Assembly: GCF_001194135.2 (NCBI RefSeq) | Contig: NC_068993.1 | Location: 478,236-542,235 of the forward strand | DNA: 64,000 nt | Reading direction: 5' to 3' | Source of the DNA: Octopus bimaculoides | Lineage: Eukaryota | Part shown: one piece after another, positions 24,901 through 34,870 of the stretch | How the letters are laid out: each line of letters opens with the position of its first letter | Numbering within the stretch: the first letter of the stretch is position 1 | Position numbers and translations under genes: made by a program | Notes under the pieces: generated by a model | The model's input: only the letters and a program-made list of their open reading frames with translations | What the model was told of the DNA's origin: nothing | Database searches by the model: none

Positions 24901-27320
24901 TCTTGAATTTTGGTTCTGCAATGATAAGCAGAGACATGGATGGTTGTAACAGGTTGCTTTCTGATGTAGTAGGGAATGGTTTGAGAGAGTTTAGCTGCTA
25001 CTTTTGAAAAAATCAAACGACCCTGCAGAGCAGGGGTCTCCAAAGTGGTCGATGGGACTATTCAAGGGAGTCGATGGTCTAAAAAGTTTGGGGACCCCAG
25101 CTGTAGAGGTTCCGTCACTGGTTCATTAGAGATCCCAAGGTTTTAAGGTGGAGTGCAAACAGAAACACATGATGAGTCATTGATTCAGATTAAAGAATGA
25201 AAGAGGAAAATGTGGAGGAACCGTTGGAGCTCCAGTTGAGCTCTGATTGTGCAGAAAAGCCATAGGGTGTGTGATTTGGGTGGGGGGGAGATACCCTGCT
25301 ATTTCTAGCAGGGCACCCCCTAGCATTGACTTGAAGGTTTCTGGTCTTCAATTAACAAAAACAAAGCAAACCAAATCTAATGGTTGTTTAGCCCTAGATC
25401 AATCCTGATCAAGCAGACCTATGGTTACATATATTTCAGCAACGACTGTCTCATGTCCTTCGTATTTTTAAGATAGTAAAGCATCATGTAAGGGATTTTG
25501 GCTGGTATTTTTAATAGGTCCATTGGCTCCTCTGTTACCTCAAGAAAATGTAACTAGGGTGCAGTGAAAGGGTCAGTCTACAGCATCAGATGATTTTCTA
25601 GGAGAGAGAGAGAGAGGGGGGAGGTTCTAATAAACATCCCTGTATATATGAACGAGACTAAAATATTTCTTATAAAGCAAGAAATATATATTGACATATT
25701 TCAATAAAAGTCTGTTAATAATAAATTGGATAATTTTTGTTTTTGCTGAAATAATTCATGTGTAAATCTTTTTCTCCAACCATGTCCCATAAATATAATA
25801 ACTTATTGATGAGTCTTAAGAACAGAGAACCTTGTGTTGCCATGGTATGTCACTTCTATAGTCTTTCTCTCTCTCTTCTACATATTATGGCAAATCGACT
25901 CTCTCCATTCCTCTCTCTACAAACTTTAAATGTTTGACGAAGAATTTAGGTGACTGACTGACGCACACACACACACACAGAGTTTTGATTAGTCTTGATT
26001 CTGAGAAAAGTATACGAATGTAGAAGAAAACTAAGCAAGTGGAAAGTCGACTGAAAAGTATTTTTGACAGATGTACAATTTTAGAGAGGTAAACGAAGTC
26101 GACGCTTTATATAAGTGGACGAAGGGACGTTGATTAGCTGCTGGTCAACCCTCAGTAGAGGCATGATCAAAACATTCCAGCCATGACCATCCTCTCTTGG
26201 ATCACATCATGTAGTCGAGTGTGATGTGAGGGCGATTAGCATCACAAGGAAATGATTAAGAAAATGAAACAGTAAACGACTTGATGATATTCCTTAAAAT
26301 TACCGTTATTTGAAACAAAAAGCGTATTAATCACTGATTGATGACATGAAGAGGCACTTCAAAATATTTTAGTTAACAGAAGGGATTTAATACGAGAAGT
26401 GTTTTAATAAAACATTATATAAGAGCAAGTTATTTCCTCAAACCATCAAAAAAGCGCCAGCACCACCAAAGAGAAATGTCATCATACAAACAACACAGAA
26501 ATTCTATTTATAGCTGCCACAATTAAATAAATATGGAATTTTATCGAAAACAAAACGAAGATTCAGTAAATATTTGTCTATGAGAGAATCGTCTGTTGAA
26601 ATGCCACGTTCTTGGAGTTGTATTGATGACAACCCACGAGAAATATTGGACTTGGTGAAAGATCTGTCAAGATATGCGAAAATCAAACCCAATAACAGCA
26701 GATTCTATGAAATGGCAAAATTATATCTAATCTATCTATCTATCTATCTGTCTATCCATCTATCCGTCTATCTATTTATCTATCAACCTATCTATCTTTA
26801 TATACGATTACGAGAATTACCATTTATTAGGGTAGGTCATAATTAACAGCTAATTCGTAGAACAGTGAAATATTCAAAGAGAAAATAGTTCCAAAAATGG
26901 TAATTTGGATCAATGGTAAGACACTAATATGATTGAGTGTTTATAAAGTAAATCTAACGTTTGTGTGCCTTAAAACTATGTACACAGTTGCTAGGAAGAC
27001 TAATAATGGGTGGTACTTTGATGTTTCTAGAGACAAGATTTGACGATCTATGGACAAGATTTATCAAAAAGACAGTAATTAAGAGAATAACATTGCTTTA
27101 AATTTAGTTTCTATGAAATGACAGATTCTGAATTTGAGTATTTTAAAAGAATGTCAATCTAATTTAATTCTAGATGAATAGATCAAGAAAGAAAACGGCC
27201 AAAAAGTTGAGTAAGCAAATGTCCAAAGTCTATAAAAGAGAGAAGAGAGATTGTGTAATTAATAATAATTAAGCAACTTACCCATTTAATTAACATTGAA
27301 TAAGAGTAGGTTCGGTCCAT
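1414..27320 (-). CDS. HOOK: Protein Hook homolog (HOOK1/3-like dynein-dynactin adaptor), 5' part; gene continues beyond the left edge
   Basis: 12 GT-AG exons join in frame (915 nt): MDRTYSYSMLIKW-LDTFNIEAPYHNTEELSTGIAMSQILNKI-DPKFFHDQWL...-AANLQKILSRVQEFFSS-LPNLRNRGFPLPDINAI-AETSSMKELVSFLQLILVCAMYC...IMEMEESVQQVVMQLLKE-...-TPAGRRCQQLQRQTERLQEEVLKLES-...ADEARSLKDEVDELRY. This matches the recalled HOOK N-terminal CH-like domain and first coiled coils (e.g. HOOK3 MLQLILGCAV, MEESVQHVVM, PAGRRHLQLQ, EAQSLKDEIDVLR). Confidence 0.95.
1745..1809 (-). CDS. HOOK: HOOK exon 11 (ARDNCIARLDIMTEEFRDLQQK), 65 nt
   Basis: gttaacag acceptor, gttatt donor, phase 1 to 0. Confidence 0.88.
2142..2221 (-). CDS. 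HOOK: HOOK exon 10 (TPAGRRCQQLQRQTERLQEEVLKLES), 80 nt
   Basis: tttgcag acceptor, gtaaga donor, phase 2 to 1. Confidence 0.94.
3250..3344 (-). CDS. HOOK: HOOK exon 9 (MTSLQDEKITLSSEVDRLSERLNQAENLDDP), 95 nt
   Basis: ttgttag acceptor, gtaagc donor, phase 0 to 2. Confidence 0.93.
3845..3928 (-). CDS. HOOK: HOOK exon 8 (LRRTLDELRNVKEANEELTKRCHFLDEQ), 84 nt
   Basis: tttcttcag acceptor, gttagt donor; resembles HOOK3 EEIAQRCHELDMQ. Confidence 0.93.
5244..5303 (-). CDS. HOOK: HOOK exon 7 (NFDPEDNVDGSYQLGRADDQ), 60 nt
   Basis: catttttag acceptor, gtttgt donor, phase 0 to 0; fills the linker between flanking conserved exons; little sequence conservation. Confidence 0.8.
5352..5450. repeat. (GGT)n-(GT)n microsatellite
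   Basis: Direct reading; one of many dinucleotide tracts in the window. Confidence 0.95.
9233..10013. other. Assembly gap (further gaps: 24443-24665, 35385-35668, 49017-49375, 53908-54728, 55845-55915, 61568-62251)
   Basis: Runs of N, mostly flanked by microsatellites or repeats. Confidence 0.99.
11119..11264 (-). CDS. HOOK: HOOK exon 6 (AETSSMKELVSFLQLILVC...MQLLKE), 146 nt
   Basis: ctcgtttag acceptor, gtaaac donor, phase 1 to 0; LQLIL motif. Confidence 0.95.
12188..12239 (-). CDS. HOOK: HOOK exon 5 (LPNLRNRGFPLPDINAI), 52 nt
   Basis: ctttccag acceptor, gtaag donor, phase 0 to 1. Confidence 0.92.
13126..13228. repeat. 45-bp minisatellite, about 2.3 copies
   Basis: gttattccatataaaactgtgcagatattcatattaaactctaag repeated exactly at 13126 and 13171, partial third copy, degenerate units upstream. 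Confidence 0.9.
13599..13649 (-). CDS. HOOK: HOOK exon 4 (AANLQKILSRVQEFFSS), 51 nt
   Basis: cttttcag acceptor, gtaagt donor, phase 0 to 0. Confidence 0.93.
13965..14175 (+). mobile_element. tRNA-derived SINE, family B
   Basis: ctgagttcaaattctgcc...ttttgcctttcgtcctttcagggtcgataaa...actggggttgatgtaatc, shared with copies at 22840, 29900, 41970 and 50205. Confidence 0.8.
14738..14810 (-). CDS. HOOK: HOOK exon 3 (DPKFFHDQWLMSMYSDPGNNRKQR), 73 nt
   Basis: ctctcctag acceptor, gtaact donor, phase 2 to 0. Confidence 0.93.
15520..16150 (+). mobile_element. Decayed RTE-type LINE fragment, AP-endonuclease domain
   Basis: ERIITARF, TVIHVYAPTTDAEDEVKD, VVIMAGDMNAKVG, NRDGERLLEFCRMNDL, FPHKDIHKNTWTSPD, ADVARDHQLV; frameshifted. 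Confidence 0.9.
16195..17200 (-). mobile_element. Decayed CRE-clade-like non-LTR retrotransposon, RT domain and downstream region
   Basis: AAHAARHY...LLKRDFRNAFNSIRHD, GVPYGGPVGLLLF (cf. GVQQGDPLGPLLF), YLDD at 16886-16897, ILGSP, WQQAKQPVHFGGLGL (cf. WxQAxLPxxxGGLG); several stops and frameshifts. Confidence 0.75.
18612..18697 (-). CDS. HOOK: HOOK exon 2 (LDTFNIEAP...QILNK), 86 nt
   Basis: ctcctcag acceptor, gtaagt donor, phase 0 to 2. Confidence 0.95.
20845..21010 (-). mobile_element. RTE-associated SINE/LINE 3' tail with (CAT)n
   Basis: (cat)n ttaatgtc...ccatgctggcatgggttggacagtttgacc; related copies at about 18780-18900, 22295-22485 and 47980-48035. Confidence 0.65.
22840..23048 (-). 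mobile_element. tRNA-derived SINE, family B
   Basis: Reverse-complement match to the 13965 and 50205 copies. Confidence 0.82.
25031..25100. mobile_element. 70-bp hAT (Charlie-like) MITE
   Basis: 16-bp imperfect TIRs (CAGGGGTCTCCAAAGT versus reverse complement CTGGGGTCCCCAAACT, 13/16) and 8-bp flanking direct repeats ctgcagag/ctgtagag, resembling the NTCTAGAN Charlie target. Confidence 0.8.
27282..27320 (-). CDS. HOOK: HOOK coding exon 1 (MDRTYSYSMLIKW)
   Basis: ATG at 27320-27318; ends TGG|gtaagt in phase 0, at the conserved W of the HOOK N-terminus. Confidence 0.85.
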
Positions 27321-28470
27321 TCTGTCAGTTTATTGACAATGTAGTCAGTTTAATTCTTTTGTAGACTAATATATATTAAAGTATAGAGTTATTAGCGAGC
27401 ATCCCTGGAGGTTTTTATGATTTCAAGACGTTTTGTGGAAGTCGACGATTTGGCTGATGACAACGACCTGTTAAATGTATGGAGTATTAACTTTGTCATA
27501 AACATTACTTCACACAACAAGATACAACATCAATACTGACTTCATGTTACCAGTAAATAGATATAAATATCAAAATGATGTAAAAAATAATAGCACATAG
27601 ATTTATGCTTTTGTATTGTATTTAAACATTTTTCAATACTTGTATGAAAGCTGACAGAATATATTGCACGAGAAGCTTTCCGTATTTTTTCGTCAGCCTG
27701 AAATGAAGCAAATATAAAAGAAAATAAAAAGGTTGTTTTTTCAAGGGAGATAACTGTAGCGAGTTCCGTTCTGACCAAAAACCGAAGACTTTCAAGTTTT
27801 GGGGTAGAATTATTTATTAATCATCGTCTTAATTCATTGAATATCTCTCTCTCTATATATATATATATATAAATGGCTATTGAACTACTTTATTAGTTTA
27901 TAGAGCTTATAATCAGTTGTAAACTTGGCAACAGAAACTGAAAATGTTAGTAGTTTGTTGTTTGAGCAACTTATGTTTTGTAGTAAACAAGACTTTGTGT
28001 AAATTACAAACTTATTTTGTCACAATGTTATAAATATTTAACTTATTTCATATATTTCTCTTACAGAGATGTTGTTTATTAAGGAGTTTAAAATATTTTA
28101 TATTTTTTAATACTAAATGTCAACAAGGTGTTTGCTCAAAGAAAGTTGCAAGTTTAAATAGTGAGGAGAAAGTTTTTCTATTTCTGACAAGTCTTTCTAA
28201 TTAAACGTGTCACAAACGATGTTCTCTTGTCATTCACAGCGTTTAATTAAAGACAAAACTTGACAACTTTCTTTCTTTACATTTTACAAAGCCTTTTAAT
28301 GTCATTCTCCTTGCCGTTTTCTGGACCAGTTTGTAAAATAAATTGAAGCTATAAATTTAATCTACAGTTGGTTTATAATTACTGTAAAATTAGAAACCTA
28401 TTTCTTCTAAACCTGTAAAGCAACACAGTTCTGAAGTTCTTTCTACTGTTTCTTCTCTCTTGGATTAGAA
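27321..28470. promoter_or_regulatory. Putative bidirectional promoter and 5'UTR region shared by HOOK and RNF170
   Basis: Only 1150 nt separate the divergent start codons. It must hold both TSSs plus an RNF170 5'UTR intron (acceptor at 28467-28468). TSS positions cannot be read from the sequence. Confidence 0.7.
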
Positions 28471-28577
28471 ATGTCATCAACTTTCCTTGAAGGCGTTGGC
28501 GATGAAGTCATCTATGCATGTCTCCTCACTATATTGCCATTCATTCTAATTACAATTTTTGCGACCATGAAAAAACG
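28471..28577 (+). CDS. RNF170: RNF170 coding exon 1 ([35 protein letters not shown])
   Basis: ATG sits 2 nt after a pyrimidine-rich acceptor (ttcttctctcttggattag, ending 28468), implying a 5'UTR intron; donor gtgagc, phase 2. Confidence 0.9.
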
Positions 28578-31500
28578 GTGAGCTATTGTCACTTTATATA
28601 AGTTGATAGTAAAAATAACTGATTCATTTCTGTTGTTAGTTCATTTCATAAATAAACATCTATTAATATTTCATCGTGCACTCCTTGCCTCGCCCTCAAC
28701 TTTTATAACACATCTGCCCACATTTTACTTTAATATAATTATGCATCGGTAGGTATCTATTTTCGGCCTGCTAGGGGAGTACTACACATCTGCCAAAGAG
28801 GGTAATTTTCCGGATAATACTTCCTGCTCTTGCACTTCCATGATATATTCTGGTCATCAACCTAGATATGTGATCAACAGAAACGACCAGAAAGTTTCTG
28901 CATCTATTTTTTGAGTAATAATTATTCGGTTCAGCATCATACTAGTGTAAAACGTGTCTACGTGGATGATCCTCTCATCATTTTGAAACCGATAGATATC
29001 TCAACTTCTTCCTTAACAAAAATGTCTTGATTACCTCACACACTTATTCTCAGTTTGACAAAAATATATTCTGCCGGACTGACGGTTCTGCATGAAGAAT
29101 CTTGATTCTCAGATTCCTTGTTTTGAGTGGCCTGACACTTCCATGAATGTATGTGCGTGTGTGTGTGTGTGTGTGTGTATATATACACATACATATATCT
29201 ATGTGTGTGTTTACATATGTATGTATGCATTTCGGTGATGTATTTCTTTGACAAGTGATTTGATTTGATTTCATGTATTAAATAACTGGCAGAAGAATCA
29301 GGAAAACCATTTTATATAACACACGCACATTCTTTAGTTTTATGTCTTGATTAGTATTATGACAATAAAGGGTTATCGAAATGTATTTTATACTGGAAAG
29401 GAGTGTCAGAAATTGTTCTATACTATAAAGGGTTGTCAAAAGAACGTTTTTAGACAGCATCGTCTGAGACAAGGTGGATCAAGGCTGTAATAGCTTTGAT
29501 CCTGGACCTGCTTGATCTGGGTTGGAACTGGAACAACAACAAGAACATTTTAAATCATATATATATATGATTGATGGCAGCGGTTCGACGAGTCTTACCC
29601 AGAACAGTGTTTACCATTTATTGTGGTGCCTTGTCTGCCTTCTGAGTTCAGTCATTTCCTCCCACCTCTTCCTTTTTTACAGGTTCTTTCTCTTTGGATA
29701 ATTTGGCCCCTCTTCATGCACATCAACATTTCCTTACCTGTACAGTTTTCTCTTTTGCCACAACTGATTTGGTGCACATTTTTAACCCCAGATCACTTCT
29801 TTGAGAAAGAACACAAAAACCACAGCCAAATATTGCTATTAGATGTTGGTTTTAATCATTTCATTTTAATGTTACAAATTACAAATATTGGTTTCCAATT
29901 TTGGCTCAAGGCCAGCAATTTTGGGGATGGGGGATGATGGAATTGACCCTGAAAGGATGAAGGGCAAAGTTGACCTGGCAGCACTGAACTCAGAATGTAA
30001 AGTCAGAAGAAATGCTGCTTAGCATTTTGTCCAAAGCAGTAATGATTCTGCCAGCTCATTACCTTCTACTAATTACAAATATTACCAAAATCAGTCACAA
30101 ACATTTTAACCATTTCAAGTATATTGTCATAATTGTGAGAAAAAAAAAAAAAAAACTTTGAGACTCTTTTATTTTTTATGCTTTAACCTCGTTTTGCAGG
30201 TGTTTGAATATTTTGGTATTTGTTGTTCTGAATGCTATTAATAATTTGGGATTCAAAATGACTGAAGTATCTTTTCGATGATGTCTTGATTAAAACCAAA
30301 AATAAATATGTTAATGTCTTGTCTGTTTCATTTATATTTTAGTTATAACCATCAAATAATCCATCCTGATAGTCTAGAAAATGTTCAAACTGCCCGAGAA
30401 CACTTGAACCGTGTCCCTATAAGCAATCCTAATCGAAGACAAAATGAATCGAATTGTCCTGTTTGTCTTGATGATCTTTCTTTTGGAGTTGAAACAAATT
30501 GCGGTCATGTATTTTGTGGTAAGTCAAATTCCAGATCACATTTTACAGTCTGCTTTTAATGATATAATCCAAACTCACAGACAACTGATGAAGATAATGT
30601 ATATTTTTGTCTTTTCCTGGCTGACCCTCAAGCCCACTCGCCTTGAAGTTTCTCTCGGGTGGTCTACCTCATCTTGCATGTTTTGCAGGTGATGTGACAG
30701 CCAATTAAAGTAAATGCAATTAGATAAAAATAAATGATTTGTTGTTTGTGTTTATAAATGGAGAAGGGTTAAGTGTTTATGTAATTAAGGGCAGGATTAA
30801 TGTTTACAGCTTAGCTTATTAACTGGATTAAGAAGATTTTCGTTAGTCAATATAATATTGATCAGTTAGGTTAGATTTTAATAAACAACACTATTGATTA
30901 GATATATTTATTAAATTTTGATAATCAATACTGCATTGATTTCTAACTTTAACCCTAGGCTACATATTGAGGAGGTGGGGTACAATGGTGGGGAGTAGGC
31001 ATTTCTATTCTCATTCCATTCACATTTTGGTATTTTGTGAGGTAGGCTGGAAGTATAGTTCATGAAATCCACTTGTAATTATCAAGTATTTTATATTCTC
31101 ATTTATAGTGTATACCCATATCTTTTTGTAGCAGCTACCCTTATTTACAGTTGTACCTTTATCATTTATAACATCTACCCTTATAATTTATAGTATGTAT
31201 CTTTCTTTAGAGAGTACACCCTTATTTATTGTATCTACCCTTACAACATTTTGTCCTAATAGTTCAGCTGTTTATGGTGGTTGTTATTGTTTTTAGACAC
31301 TTTTATAGAGAAGTGGGTGGGGGATGGGGTAACCCCAGGTCTGCTCTGTAATAGAGACAAACCTATAACCAAAGGCATTCCAGTGATGACCATCCTGTCT
31401 TTTATTCAGGACTATATCATTCAATATCTATTTTCCTTTTAAGACAGAAGGGAAATAATTTAAAGGGGACAAAGCTGTTGTTTTTAACATTTCCAGTGAG

Positions 31501-31718
31501 CCAGGTAGAGGTTCAATCACCAGGAGTGTTGTTGTTACAAGGACACGGAGATATGAAACGTTTTCTTAAGTATTTGTCAGCTGATGTATTGCTGTAGCTG
31601 GGCAAGTTATTGTCACTTTACAAACACTTCAACTGCTTACTCTTGTCTTAGAATCAAACCAATTTATTCATTAAGATACAACATATTTATTGCACTAATT
31701 ACTTATGTCATCATTTCT

Positions 31719-31759
<41 letters not shown>

Positions 31760-33605
31760 AAACTATGTCTACATACATACATACACATCCATATATACAT
31801 ACATATATACACATATATATACACATATATACCCATTGTTTACTTTTAGCTAGCTGCATCATTGCTTACTGGCATTATGGATCATGGCTAGGTGGAATTA
31901 AGTGTCCGGTTTGTAGGCAAAAGGTAAGTTTGACTACAGAACGGATTCCATTTTTGACATAAAACAATTGATTTATTGTGTTGAAAATTGTTGAAAAAAA
32001 GCTGAATTTAAAGATATTCGTAAACGTTGAAGTCATCAACTTCTCTTGTATCAGTTATATTTTAAATTTATTTTTTTATGCAAAACAATATTTTCTAAAA
32101 ACAAATCATTAAGTTGGTGTTAACGTAGCTTGATTTAGTGAATCAAGAAGGTTTTATATAATTAGATTGTTAATTATAGTAATTGTTAATTATAGTAAGT
32201 TTATTTTTTTTTTGCCCAGTACAATGTGACTTAAAATGCTAAAAGCTTAAAAAAGTTTAGCCATCAGTCACAGACGAGTATGACGTGATAGCTTGGACCA
32301 GACTTTGGCCATTTGTTTTGGGTGTTTTATGTAGTTGTGGGTCAACATAGATACCTTGTTGTCCCTCCTTCACTTGACTTTGCTGAGCATGAAGGAGAGA
32401 GTGAGAAAGCTGCCTCAGTGTATGACTGTTACTCATTTACAGCTGAGTAGACTGCAGCAACATGAAATAAAGTGCTTTGTTCCAGGATACAGCATGCTGT
32501 TGAATTCAGGAATTGAACCTATAACCTTATCTTTAGGCTGCACACCTTCACAGAAAATATAATGACCTCCCCGCTCCAATAATATATATTTTATCATTTT
32601 GTCTCTTTTGCTTAAATACTCAAATATAATGTTACCTGCCGCTAATATTTTTCTATTGAATTATAAACCTGTTGTGCATTGTATACATTAAGCTCAGTGT
32701 TGTAATTCTTAAATGTTGAATAATGAACTCTTGGCCTATAAAGGCAGGGGAGGCAACTCCAAATATGTTTGAATCGAATGTAAGATGCTTAGATTTTTTT
32801 GTATTTGTCACATTCTTTAATGATGCTTTGCTATGACTCATTCCTGACGGACTCTGAATTTAATTTCTTTTTAGGTTACTCTTTTATTACTTTGTTTCAC
32901 CGATGCAGAAACTCGTTCTACGACACAAGAACGAGCTGATATACTTAATCAAATTCATGATTATAATCGAAGATTCTCAGGAGAACCTCGATCTGTAAGT
33001 AATTTTCAAACATTTACACTTTCAAAACGTCGTGCGTTGTTTTAGTCTCGGGTTTGTTCATGTTTGTATTTCTTCTTATACGGACTATGGTCTTTGCAAA
33101 GTTAACTTTTGAATTTGGATGTTGCTTCCACTCCTAGAATTTCTTTTCTAATTCTGCTATACAAACAAATTCATCTGTCTTAAGGGGTGAGACAACTTGG
33201 TTCTAAACATTGTCTTCACAGACACACATGTAAGATTGTGTGTGAGTGTATCACTACATGTATATATTTATTGATGTATTCGATTCCCTTCCAGCTTTTA
33301 ATTCTTCAACACTTAATGCTTATTTTCTGTTACAGATAATGGACTATCTCAATGATATCCCAACTCTTCTACGACACTGTCTACAAGAACTTTTCTCATG
33401 GAATGGACTTATGATAATATTTCGTATGCGAATTACGATCTGTGCCGTATTTGGGATATGTTATCTTATTTCACCATTAGATATAATTCCTGAAGCTGCT
33501 TTCGGTTTGTTTGGACTCTTAGATGATGTCTTTGTTCTTTCTTTGATGGTTGTTTATATTACAATTGCTTACAGGGAACTGGTGGCCAACCGCTTAGGGG
33601 GTTGA
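28471..33605 (+). CDS. RNF170: E3 ubiquitin ligase RNF170 (ER membrane, C3HC4 RING); complete, 5 coding exons, 248 aa
   Basis: Exons 28471-28577, 30343-30518, 31850-31923, 32875-32994 and 33336-33605 total 747 nt. N-terminal EGVGDEV plus TM helix; [49 protein letters not shown]; [12 protein letters not shown]; C-terminal [22 protein letters not shown] motif. All are characteristic of RNF170. Confidence 0.97.
29900..30062 (-). mobile_element. tRNA-derived SINE, family B (partial)
   Basis: gaccctgaaaggatgaagggcaaagttgacc...gaactcagaatgtaa matches other copies. Confidence 0.75.
30343..30518 (+). CDS. RNF170: RNF170 exon 2 (IHPDS...CPVCLDD...TNCGHVFC)
   Basis: tattttag acceptor, gtaagt donor, phase 2 to 1. 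Confidence 0.95.
31850..31923 (+). CDS. RNF170: RNF170 exon 3 ([24 protein letters not shown])
   Basis: cttttag acceptor, gtaagt donor, phase 1 to 0. Confidence 0.95.
32875..32994 (+). CDS. RNF170: RNF170 exon 4 (VTLLLLCF...[12 protein letters not shown])
   Basis: tttttag acceptor, gtaagt donor, 120 nt. Confidence 0.95.
33336..33605 (+). CDS. RNF170: RNF170 last coding exon ([14 protein letters not shown]...RLGG*)
   Basis: gttacag acceptor, 270 nt to TGA. Confidence 0.96.
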   Translation: MMDYLNDIPTLLRHCLQELFSWNGLMIIFRMRITICAVFGICYLISPLDIIPEAAFGLFGLLDDVFVLSLMVVYITIAYRELVANRLGG

Positions 33606-34747
33606 GTGACCCCGTTCCCAGCCTCGACTTTATGTTCTTGTATTTGTTACTGCTGTTTTAACAAATTCTCAGATATGACCGTTCATTATACACACTGCCA
33701 TTAATACTCACTGCTCTTCAAAAATGTTTCTTTTCTGGCAATAAGCAATATAGAGTGTAAATTAATATATTCTCATCGTTTTGAGCACACAACTGAACTG
33801 CAATGGTAAATAGTCATTAGCGTGTGTGTGTGTGCGTATATATGTGTATGTACACACATGTATATATGCACACACACACACGTGTGTGTGTTTGCTGCAT
33901 ATAATGGTGATTTAATCTGGAGCTGCTAAATCTTTTTCGTTCAATGAACGGTTTCTGTGTTGACCTAATTATCTCCCTTTGTCTGCACAAACGGGCAAAT
34001 TTCTGAAGCTTTATGGAAAATAAAGCGAAACATTACAGAAAACATTTCAGTAAAATTTACTGACTTTGGATAAGATAAGTTTTAATAATTGAAAACTGAA
34101 GAGTTTTTCATAATTTCCCGTTTTATCTGAAAATATTTTCTTAAAAAAAAAAAAGACAAAAAACATTTGAATGTTAGAATTTTATAAAATTATGACTTAC
34201 AAAATCTAATTGAATTATTTCTTTGCATTTCAATTGTTTTTAAACTAATTCCCTGAATTTATTTTTAGAATGTACATTTTTTCATGGATCTTTTTTAAAA
34301 AAAAGACTGTATTAAACATTGGTTAAACAGTTTCATCGAACCATTTCATAAATCATTTTCTTCATATCACATTTGTCTGTTATGTTTCTTACCATTCTAC
34401 TTCAAAATACTTATTTTCAAATCTCAATGAATTTAAACAAGCGATGATCTGCTGTAATGGTTAAAAAACACAAAAAAGCGAGCAAGCTAAAGTTCTGAGA
34501 TGTCCAAAGTCATTATTTGAATGTGTTGCAAAATGAAGGTAATTTATTAGTCACTGTCGAGTTGTTTGATTGGGAACAATCTCAAGCAAGATGTCGTTGA
34601 AAAATGATGAGCAAATTATTAATAAGAGACTGTTTACACCACGTCTGGACAAAGAGATGAAAAAAATGACAACATCCTAAAATTGGTAAATTGTAAAATG
34701 CATTCAGAGTCCAGACACTGATTTAGTATTCATCGTTGCTCAACCGC

Positions 34748-34870
34748 TTATTTCAGATTAAGCTTTGCTATAAGATTTTCTTTTATTTTGAATTTTTGTA
34801 TTTTTCCAGTTACAGTCATTGGGTGACTATCAACAAAGTCAACATATCGAGGTCTCTTGAATTTAGCCAA
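34748..34870 (-). CDS. ACSF2: ACSF2 last exon (LAKFKRPRY...[20 protein letters not shown])
   Basis: ctctttttcag acceptor, TAA at 34750-34748. Confidence 0.96.
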   Translation of the reverse strand: MAKFKRPRYVDFVDSHPMTVTGKIQKFKIKENLIAKLNLK

